Below the pieces are notes generated by a model. It did not search any database. It worked only from the letters and a program-made list of their open reading frames with translations, and had not been told where the DNA came from. A program made the translations under genes and the position numbers. Shown one piece after another: positions 52,981 through 64,000 of a DNA stretch of 64,000 bases. The DNA lies in NCBI GenBank assembly GCA_964016885.1, contig OZ024745.1, positions 121,272,001-121,336,000 of the forward strand, read 5' to 3'. Each line of letters opens with the position of its first letter. The stretch's first letter is position 1. The stretch comes from Eledone cirrhosa. Taxonomy: Eukaryota.

Positions 52981-53054
52981 TCACGACACATGTTTCAATA
53001 AGAGATAGATCAATTGTGAAGCCATGATCGATTATCACCGATCTCATCAGGTGA
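52981..53054 (-). ncRNA. Type-I hammerhead ribozyme with extended stem II
   Basis: TCAC-CTGATGA-(long stem II)-GAAA-CATGTG-TC-GTGA; GUC cleavage triplet. Confidence 0.75.
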
Positions 53055-53101
53055 AAATGAATTGTCTTCAAATTCTTGATATGAGCGAGAAAAAAATTTT
53101 G

Positions 53102-53139
<38 letters not shown>

Positions 53140-53194
53140 CCACCTACATATATATATATAATTTTTTTTAGTATATGTTGGTTGTTTACCGACA

Positions 53195-53583
53195 CTTTAG
53201 TATACAGGTTGAAGCACTCGACGAAGTACGCAGGTTGGTTTGTTTACTCTGGAGTAATGTAAAATAATTAAGTCAGATATGTAAAATTTGGCTTCGTTTA
53301 TTATAAATAAAAAATAAAAAATTACTGCTATATATATTTCTGTGACAGACATCATTGCCTGTGACCTCTTCAGGCAGTCCGAATTGGTGTGGAAAAGACA
53401 GGTACACATGTTGTTGAAGTGTGTTTTACTCCGTCAATACATCGATTTGAAATCGAGGAACTGAAATCATATGAAGAGGTCACAGCCAATGATGGCTGTC
53501 ACAGAAATATATATAGCAGTAATTTTTTATTTTTTATTTATAATAAACGAAGCTAAATTTTACATATTTGACTTAATTATTTT
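53195..53583. mobile_element. Hammerhead-bearing inverted-arm mini-element
   Basis: Arms 53261-53372 and 53472-53583. Minus HHR 53324-53378: ACTGC-CTGAAGA-..-GAAA-TATATA-TA-GCAGT. The plus arm starts at TGAAGA, lacking C3 and stem I. Confidence 0.8.
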
Positions 53584-54211
53584 ATATATATATATATATA
53601 TATAGTAGAATAATCGAGTATCGAAAAATCGGCGCACGAGTTCACGATAAACAAAATTCGAGATGAGCGGCAGAGGGCTCCATAATTCAGATAAATCAGA
53701 GCTATAACTATCGTTAAAATACCGTCACACGTAGAATATGTCTACAATCAACCATACGACCGAAAAATTGCGATATGGAAGATTCGGGACACTCAGATAA
53801 ATTATCAATAAATCAATAAATCAAATGAATGTAAAAAGCATACCCGGACCCGCTAGAGAGATGGTATATCTAGCTTCTTGGGTTCCTGTAAATCCTTAAA
53901 CTGTCCTCTATCAGCTCACATAAAAATATAAGACTTATAGACGCCAGCGGACTGGAGTTTACTTCTTCAACGAGCTTTAGTCCGAACGAATATATATATA
54001 TATATATGCCCAAGAAACGCCGTATGTCAATATGGTCAACCTATGACTCTATCAGGAGCTACGGGACCATACATACATAGCTGTCGAAACGGCCAGAACT
54101 CAGCCATCTGGGTCCCGACTCTTTTCCTATTACCCACTCTACAACCCTAAGTATCGAGTACTCTGGTGTGTTATGGTCCACCTGGTATCTTACCACACTT
54201 TCTTTGTTATG

Positions 54212-54253
<42 letters not shown>

Positions 54254-54405
54254 GGGGGGGGGGGCTGAGACCAAGGTGACCACTAATCATGTGAGTACTC
54301 AATACATGGGGAGATGTAGGGTGGGTTTAGAGACATGAAAGCCCTTACAAGGGCTTGCTGAACACACAAGCCGAAACCGCTTGGCACTCCGGTCGGGATT
54401 TTACA

Positions 54406-54471
<66 letters not shown>

Positions 54472-54598
54472 AAAACATTAATATTTAGATATACTATATA
54501 CATAGATCTACATACTAATAGATATAGAAAGATCTACACATAAATGGCTGTACTGCCGTCCAGTACATTAGGTTGAATAAATGAGCGGACGGACGCAT

Positions 54599-54688
<90 letters not shown>

Positions 54689-54698
54689 ACACACACGC

Positions 54699-54747
<49 letters not shown>

Positions 54748-54980
54748 GTATTTTAGCACGTACACTGTTAGAAAGATGTTTATAGAGAAACAGCTACATA
54801 CACAAACACATTCATTCAGTCGTTCGTTTATTTGTTTGTTCATTCATTCATTCATTCACGCAAGCCAACGTCTTCTCATTGCAGTTAACGAGTGATACAT
54901 GGGAAGAGAGAAACAGAGGGAGAGAGAAAGAGAGCAATATATATATATATATAGGGAGAGAGAGAGAGAGAGAGAGAAAT

Positions 54981-55032
54981 GGCTTCTACAGGACTAGAAC
55001 TGTTTCATTCGAAGGAAATCATCAGGAAAGCC
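54981..55032 (-). ncRNA. Type-I hammerhead ribozyme
   Basis: GGCTTTC-CTGATGA-TTTCCTTCGAAT-GAAA-CAG(TTCTAGTC)CTG-TA-GAAGCC; a 5'-truncated plus copy lies at 55144-55190. Confidence 0.75.
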
Positions 55033-55198
55033 CTAATCTACTAATGTATTGAGTACCTTATTTACTGTGATTACACCCCGATTGAACGCGGGACTCATAT
55101 ATTATATATATAGAAAGAGAGAGAGAGGGGAGAGATAGAGAGGGATGATTTCTAAAGAATGAAACAGTTCTAGTCCTGTAGAATCTCATCTATATGAA

Positions 55199-55288
<90 letters not shown>

Positions 55289-55328
55289 CAAAAGTGAGAG
55301 AGTGAAAGAGAACGAAAGATATATCGAA

Positions 55329-55376
<48 letters not shown>

Positions 55377-55430
55377 AAGAGATAAAGAACGCAAAAGTGA
55401 GAGAGTGAAAGAGAACGAAAGATATATCGA

Positions 55431-55493
<63 letters not shown>

Positions 55494-55830
55494 CTGCCGC
55501 CGTGTTAAGATAGATGCAGGCTCACTTTATCAAACAACTCCTCCTACCATTACCACCACCACCCCGCCGCTCATTGCTACTAGTAAACTGGCTACTACTG
55601 TTTGTTAGTTATCAGCAAACATCAAATCGAGGAAGAAGCAGAGACTTGTCGATACGATAAACACAATTACACTACATCAAACTAACACTCTGGCATTTAT
55701 ATATCATCACCATCCTTGCTATCGTTATCTATATTAACATACGTACCCTAGATGTATGTATATGACGTCTAGATAACTGAGAGAAAGAAAAAATTAGCAG
55801 AAATCACATCGTAAAGGAAGAAAAAGAAAA

Positions 55831-55969
55831 ATGACTGAGGATTTAACATTGGTGTGCCGTGAGGCAACCCCTGTACGGTGGAATTTGTTACAATTTGCTC
55901 TCATCTGTTCTTACACAGTTGGATATTCCGGCCTGACCAGCTTTCCTTTTTATCTACTCCGACACACAG
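55831..55969 (+). CDS. Putative first coding exon of a divergent SLC6/NSS sodium:neurotransmitter symporter-family gene
   Basis: AAAATG start; MTEDLTLVCREATPVRWNLLQFALICSYTVGYSGLTSFPFYLLRHT-G|GTATGT. Matches the SLC6 TM1 pattern W..F.L.C..Y.VG....FP....GG with a phase-1 donor at the Gly; non-repetitive sequence. Confidence 0.55.
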
Positions 55970-56123
55970 GTATGTTACCGTCTTTTAGTTGTTGTTATTG
56001 TTGTTGTTGATGTCATTTGTTTATTTGCTCACGCTGTTTCGCCCCAGCTCTGCGGAGGAGGGTAGAAACCGATGTTTAATATACGGTACCTAGGTAATTT
56101 TTTCTATCGTAGTCGTCTGTCGT

Positions 56124-56203
<80 letters not shown>

Positions 56204-56293
56204 TGTGTGTGGTATTCCATCACAATATGGCAGGCTGAATGAGTTGGAGGTAACACAACGTAACGAAACTTAAGTACCTGTATATGTCACTGT

Positions 56294-56366
<73 letters not shown>

Positions 56367-56449
56367 ATGATATATATATATATATATATATACATAACAG
56401 TGGCATATGCAGGTACTTATATATGTATACATATATATGTATACATATG

Positions 56450-56938
<489 letters not shown>

Positions 56939-57172
56939 GCCAGGTATATATATATATATATATAAAGGCCAGGTGGCCTTTATAGAGTGTGTGTTAAAGG
57001 CCTGTGTAGTCTGTCATTAGACCACAAGTCATGTCCGATGACCGTCAATACACACGATAAACCTATAGGGAAAATATTAACAACTCCTGTGGTATTGAGT
57101 ACCCATTCTCCTCACCGTCAATACTGAGTAGATGTATGTAAGTATGTATGTATGTACGCATATATGAAAATG

Positions 57173-57206
<34 letters not shown>

Positions 57207-57315
57207 AATATATATATGTGTGTGTATATATATATATATGTGTGTATATATATATATATGCATACATACGTTACACATACACACGCAAACATATTTCTAT
57301 ACACATTGATACATT

Positions 57316-57373
<58 letters not shown>

Positions 57374-57426
57374 AATGTATCAATGTGTATAGAAATATGT
57401 TTGCGTGTGTATGTGTAACGTATGTA

Positions 57427-57514
<88 letters not shown>

Positions 57515-58367
57515 TTTACACACACACACACATATTGTAGTGCACCTGAACACTGTACACAATTTTCACTATATGTGTGTGTGCGTGTGTGTGTGTGTGC
57601 ATATGTATGTATATAAATACGGTTGTGTATGTGTATGTGTGCATGTATATGTGTATGTATGCATGAAATGAATCAAGGACTACATTATCTAATATATCCT
57701 TTTTCATTCAACATTAACTCTCATTGGAATGAGATTAAAGGTTGCTATTTCTAGCAGGTAGATCTACCATGTAGAGGTTCCCTTTCTCCCTACTGCTAAC
57801 CCTATTCCCTAGTTCGGTTGGTCATTTGTTGCTAGTAGATCTATAAAAAGCTTTCCAGCTGCGCCCGTCTCATATTTTATTCAGACACAATGTATCTACG
57901 ACTATTTCATACAAAAGTATTCTGCACGATATTATTTGAATTCCCAAGGGAATGTTTCTGACTTCGATACCAACCGATAAAATAAAGTACCAGTAATGTA
58001 CTGGGTAATTGCTGGCCTTGTGCCTAAAATAGAAACAATTATTTGAGGTTGTTTTGGTTTGCTAATTTTCGCAGGTTGATCAACAACATCCAGGCCCCCT
58101 GTTGAGTGTCTGATTGTTTTGAGGGGTGAGGGTTGTATGGTGCTGGGGTCTGCTCTTTCTTTTTATCGCCGTTAACAGTTATCTTTTTCTCTGTTCTTTC
58201 CACAACCTCCATCCTTGGTGTCATACTCTATTCTATGTGTAATACTTAAGTACTGTAATTAATTAGCCAACGAAGAAGAATATCGAGAACTACAGTGTAA
58301 CAGATTAACGGATTCGATGGCTTCGTTCGTTGCCGCTCTCTCTCTCTCTCTCGCTATCTCTCTCTCG

Positions 58368-58469
<102 letters not shown>

Positions 58470-58617
58470 TAGGGTGTCCCAAACTTTTTGGGGGACACCC
58501 TGTATATATAATATTCACACACACACACACACACATACATACACACACATATATATATATTAATGAAATTACTCTGTTGCTACTCCGAATTTCGTGGGTT
58601 CCCTCTGATGCGCGGGA

Positions 58618-58701
<84 letters not shown>

Positions 58702-58714
58702 TTTTAATATAGAT

Positions 58715-58767
58715 GAGATTCTACAGGTCTAGAACTGTTTCATTCTTTAGAAATCCTCAGGAATCTC
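58715..58767 (-). ncRNA. Type-I hammerhead ribozyme
   Basis: GAGATTC-CTGAGGA-TTTCTAAAGAAT-GAAA-CAG(TTCTAGAC)CTG-TA-GAATCTC; perfect 7-bp stem I. Confidence 0.82.
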
Positions 58768-58845
58768 TTTTATACTCTGCTATGTATTGAGTACCTTACT
58801 TACTGTGGTTACCTACGATTCAACCCGGATTAACGTACCTATATA

Positions 58846-58891
<46 letters not shown>

Positions 58892-58920
58892 AAAGAATAG
58901 AGGTGTAACACACAAGTTAT

Positions 58921-59401
58921 TATATATTGGTAAACGGAATAGAAAATGCTGACAAATTGTTCACAGTTGAAAAATGGTTTAATTAGGAATAAAAGAGTAT
59001 TAGTGATTGTATGGGTTAGTATTCAGTTGTGGTTTTAAGTTTTTAAGTTTTTACCGGTTGCGCATTTCTAAATGCTTTTCAAAAATAATTTTGAGATAGA
59101 GTGTCCGTGCTGTTTGCTCTGATCTGATTAGTTTTGGGAATTCTACCTGTTTTTATGTTAAAAAAGTGGCTCCAATTTGCAAAAATTCTTGTGGTCAAAA
59201 CTAATCAGATCAGAGCAAACAGCACGGACACTCTATCTCAAAATTATTTTTGAAAAGCATTTAGAAATGCGCAACCGGTAAAAACTTAAAAACTTAAAAC
59301 CACAACTCAATACTAACCCATACAATCACTAATACTCTTTTATTCCTAATTAAACCATTTTTCAACTGTGAACAATTTGTCAGCATTTTCTATTCCGTTT
59401 A

Positions 59402-59411
<10 letters not shown>
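58921..59411. mobile_element. Inverted-arm mini-element with variant hammerhead in each arm
   Basis: ~216-bp arms 58921-59136 and 59196-59411; TTGAAAA(59250)-GCATT..AATGC-GCAA-CCGG-TA. Confidence 0.8.
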
Positions 59412-59437
<26 letters not shown>

Positions 59438-59465
59438 ATGGACTACCATCCCACAAAATCATCGC

Positions 59466-59514
<49 letters not shown>

Positions 59515-59671
59515 AGATAAATCTACCAAAATATACGGTAGTGTCCAACTGTATGAAGAACTCAATGTAATCCAAATATCATGAAAAGAGAAGATGTATT
59601 CAAAATTGTTTCGATGAAAAACACAGGAAAACAGAGTCAAGATAAATTAATAATGAATAAATATATATATT

Positions 59672-59799
59672 ATTTCTGAAGACAGCATATATATGTGTAG
59701 GTATGTATATTCCCTCTGATAGTTTGTAAACATTTTACATAGATCTATATGATATACATACCAACACACACATATATATCCTAGAAACGATCGTAAAAT
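59672..59799 (+). ncRNA. Type-I hammerhead ribozyme with ~100-nt stem II
   Basis: ATTT-CTGAAGA-[ATATATATGTGT..GGTATGTATAT / ATATACATACC..ACACATATATAT]-GAAA-CGATCG-TA-AAAT. Confidence 0.7.
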
Positions 59800-59938
59800 T
59801 ATGAATTTTTTAATATAAGGAACTGTTTCTTTGTTTTTATTCATTATTTTTATTAATTTATATATATATATATTTATATATATATATATATATATATAAA
59901 TTAATAAAAATAATGAATAAAAACAAAGAAACAATTGC

Positions 59939-60006
<68 letters not shown>

Positions 60007-60105
60007 GCAATGAAATACCAATGACCGTTGGCAAATCACTGATGAGGGACTCATTTTATAACATGTTATCTATGTGCAACCATGCAGTATTCTTCTCCCC
60101 ATATT

Positions 60106-60159
<54 letters not shown>

Positions 60160-60663
60160 ATATATAGTAAGAAACACAGTAAACCGTGTGTCTAAAATTA
60201 CAAGGGTTGAAAAACCACATTTGTTTGAAATATATACAAATTTTAGTACAGCATTAACGAAGCCTTAGTTTGCGACCAAGCTAACGAATGCAAATTCGGT
60301 ATGTAGCTTTAGCACTCGAATGGGAATAGTACCCCAGAGTAATAACAATACGTTTAGACAGCTTGTCAAATCAAATATAGCGATCGGCAGTCCAGCCGCA
60401 TTACCACAGCAACGAAAATACAGGACTCAGGAAAATATTTTAGACTCTATATATGAACAACGTTAGACAATACTAAACCTAGCATCTCTTTCATGCGTTA
60501 ATGTGTTCATCACTTCACACACAGCGAGAGGTTCTCTTCAGGCATCTATTCCTTTATTGATATACGGAATAAATTCACATTCATCAAAACCTTAATAGGA
60601 TACATATATATATATATATGTAAATATAGATATACACATACATGTATGTATAAGTATATGTAT

Positions 60664-60705
<42 letters not shown>

Positions 60706-60827
60706 AAAGTTTAACAAGGTTCATTGATTAATCAATGAATAAAGTTTTACAATAGATTAGAAGAACTCAACAGTGCCAAGACTGGAATTGAACCATCAGC
60801 ACAGTTGAGGTATGTCAGATATCAATT

Positions 60828-60893
60828 TATTTTATCTGATGAGGACGTACTGAGGAAACAGCACAGTACCTCTGAAATATGTATAATAAAATA
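60828..60893 (+). ncRNA. Type-I hammerhead ribozyme, canonical core
   Basis: TATTTTAT-CTGATGA-GGACGTACTG..CAGTACCTCT-GAAA-TATGTA-TA-ATAAAATA; 8-bp stem I. Confidence 0.85.
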
Positions 60894-60937
60894 TATTTGA
60901 TCACATGAATGTCTATATTTATTAATATTTTGAATTA

Positions 60938-60978
<41 letters not shown>

Positions 60979-61077
60979 AATGAATAAAGAAATAACCAAA
61001 GTTTAATATATTATTAATATATTATTTCATTGAATTACGTATGTTTCATTCAAATACAGGAGGTAGCATTTAATCTA

Positions 61078-61151
<74 letters not shown>

Positions 61152-61199
61152 TGTGTCTGTGTGTGTGTGCGTGTGTACGTGCGTGTGCCTATATATATA

Positions 61200-61508
61200 C
61201 AATGTATTCCCGGCATTCGCGGTTCCGGTTATTCGCTGGATTTTCCTTAGAAACCCTCGCATATTCGCGGAATCGTAAATATGTTGGGGGGCGGGCAATA
61301 TATATCTTTTTATCGCTAAATTATCAATAACAATAAACTATATTGAGCGCCCCTTCGTATAAGACGCTCCCTCTTTTTTTTTTATTATATTTCACGTCAT
61401 ATTTTGACGTTTATAGGCATTTTTATGGACCACGTTCTATATTCGCGGTTTTTCGCTCTTCGTGGGTGCTCTAAAAACGTAACCCCCGTGAATACCGGGG
61501 GACAACTG
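61200..61508. mobile_element. Tigger/pogo-like MITE
   Basis: Imperfect TIRs CAATGTATTCCCGGCATTCGCGG / CCGTGAATACCGGGGGACAACTG with internal ATTCGCGG repeats, in a TA context. Confidence 0.6.
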
Positions 61509-62096
61509 TGTATATATATACCTACAGAATACGATAGTTGATAATAGTGGTGGTGGTGAGTAAATGTCTGTATAAGGATGTGGGGGTGGAGGTAGTACTA
61601 ATACGAAAAGCAACATTAGATACATACATGTAGAGAGTAAGAGGTAGTAACAAATGACAGATAAAAGATAAAAAAACAATAAATTAAAAACTTCTTTACT
61701 TCTTTATCATTATATTTTATTATTGATGTTATTGTTTTGATTCTACGCTGTATTTATATATACCATTGCCATATATGAGTTCTCTAGTATTCTGAGGATT
61801 TGATCAGAGGTAAACACTGTATTTAAGGCCGAGTGACGCAACTTCGAGTGATTAGCGGCCTTTAGACTCACCTGATCAATGAAACAATTGTTACTACTTG
61901 AAATAAAGCCCCTTGTTGTACAGCCGACCATGTTATTCTTCAATCTTAAGTATAACCTGTATAGGAATTCTCGCGAACTCGCTACCTAACTATGGAAACG
62001 TCTTGTTGAGTCAAACAAAGCCGTACGTTAAAACTATCCACAACGCAGAGTACTCACAACCTCTAACTGGATTACCTATAACGATAACTTGTTATC

Positions 62097-62134
<38 letters not shown>

Positions 62135-62434
62135 TTATGTATATAATTACGGTAAACATGTTGACTAATCGGGGTTGAGTGTGCAACACACCTATCAATA
62201 AATAATGATGCAATATGAATTAAGCACCCAAGGTCATGTATTTTTTTCCAAATATGTTTTCTCAATCATTGACAGGAAAATGTGAAGTTTGATGTAGATG
62301 TTATCTGATGATATCGTGCCGCTGGTTGCGTAATGAACCAGCAGGTAATCACGATCACCATTGAAATATGCATCACAGCTTTGTTAATAAAGGGTTTTTA
62401 AACAACTCCGCCGAACTTCGCATTTTCCTTATTC

Positions 62435-62582
<148 letters not shown>

Positions 62583-62690
62583 TGTATGTGTGTGTGTGAA
62601 AAACCTCCTGTGTAGACCTACTGAAAGATATAGACAAAACTGTTATGTGGCTCAAATGTCTATTATAAAAAGAAGTTTGTTACTTATTAA

Positions 62691-62895
62691 CCCTTTAGCA
62701 TTTAAACCGGCCATATCTGGCCAGAATTCTCTCACCTTTTTCTGTTCAAACCGGCTATAACTAGCCACTGGTACTGTCATTAAGGTATTGTTCTCAAAAT
62801 AAATACTAATATCATCAAAATCTCGTAGAATCCATATTATGTGAGATAAAGCCTTTACGATGATAATATAATAGAGTAATGTAAATGCTAAAGGG
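62691..62895 (+). mobile_element. TTAA-flanked MITE (piggyBac-like)
   Basis: TTAA-CCCTTTAGCATTTA..TAAATGCTAAAGGG-TTTA. Confidence 0.8.
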
Positions 62896-63058
62896 TTTAA
62901 CCTAGCCATAGGCAGAAGAGGGTGATAAGGTAAAGTTCATGAGTTAGTTTTAAATTTATATTAAATTGTTTCTTAATTAGGGTCGCATTTAAAAGAATAA
63001 AAATTTAGACTGGGTTATTAAGAGGCACTCGGTTAAACACAGATTACATTTTGGGCTC

Positions 63059-63122
<64 letters not shown>

Positions 63123-63451
63123 TTTGGTTTCAATTCTACTGACAGTGCTCTAACTGCTAGCAAGGCTTAGTACTGCCATTTTCTGTATGGTGTTATTGTT
63201 GTTTAGGCTCATGCAAGGTTGACCTATGATTAAAAGTCCTCCAACCAGGGCAATTGTGGTTTTTAGGGTCATTTAGGATTATTCTATGTATTGAGTCATT
63301 CCATTTTTCAAAACGGTAGTGTGAGATTTATGGGAGATTTGACTATTATTTCTAACACATCGACTTGACAGATACTCTTCCTCGTTATATGATGTTTGTG
63401 TGAAATATTCAATTATGCATTTGTCTATATGTCATTTTGTCCTTCCCAACA

Positions 63452-63730
63452 AATTGGCAGAGTTGTTAAAACGTCGGATAGAATACTTTACGGTATTCGT
63501 CCCACCTCATTCCATGCTCTGAGTTCAAATCCTACCAGTGTCAACTTTCCCTTTCATTCTTTCGAGGTCGATAAAAAAAAAGTACCAGTCAAGTACTGGG
63601 GTCGATTCTTCCTATAGGAAAAATCGGCTGTGTTCAGACCTTGAGAGGGTTGGGCTCCACCAGGTTTAAAAGTGCCCTAGACACACCATATGACAGTGCC
63701 TCTACGACTCCACGAGGAGTTATGGGAGCT
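63452..63730 (+). mobile_element. SINE A long-tail subfamily, diverged
   Basis: Head, B box GAGTTCAAATCC, core and tail homologous to 35711-36032. Confidence 0.75.
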
Positions 63731-64000
63731 TTATCCTTGTCCTTCCCAACAATTCATTTGTTGTTATGGAAGGACGTGAAATACCAAATTAAGAAGTTCA
63801 CTTCAGAATCATTAGGTATCGAGTTCGATCCCATAGCGTGCCATTTTTTACCAAATGTCAATTATCATCGCCTCCAGTTGACACAAACTTTAAGAGTGGT
63901 ATTGGGTAGACGGAAATTGATTGAAGGGCCGTCGGATGGACTATACCTGTAATTTAAAGTGCCAGTCTTGCTATACACTGTGCCACATTGAATCTCCCTG

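Noticed and set aside
60040-60545. Isolated CTGATGA/CTGAAGA (60039 +, ~60540 -; also 52205 -, 40949 +)
   Set aside because: No matching GAAA, stem III and stem I partner found; at best fragments
61743-62146. Candidate second SLC6 exon
   Set aside because: Translation lacks TM2 motifs; the minus strand weakly resembles a decayed PLE RT thumb

Overview
AT-rich, microsatellite-saturated eukaryotic DNA with no prokaryotic features. The SINE/LINE content and the abundance of (AT)n/(CA)n/(ATAC)n suggest a cephalopod (Octopus-like) genome; this is an inference. Almost all listed ORFs are microsatellite artefacts. The real content is: >15 tRNA-headed SINE copies; decayed LINEs (CR1, RTE, Dong/R4, CRE); Penelope-like (PLE) RT and GIY-YIG remnants; a gypsy remnant; mariner, Tc1, hAT, TTAA and Tigger-type DNA elements; three TE-seeded tandem arrays; and one plausible host coding exon (divergent SLC6-type transporter TM1, 55831-55969). 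The most striking unannotated structure is a dense, multi-family population of about 20 type-I hammerhead ribozyme motifs, about 12 with an intact core, read by eye. They sit in short non-coding 150-600 bp units embedded in (AT)n tracts, often as inverted arms or perfect fold-backs. These look like non-autonomous Penelope pLTR/retrozyme-like elements, and they include U3-A8 core variants and stem covariation. All structures were read manually and none were computed.
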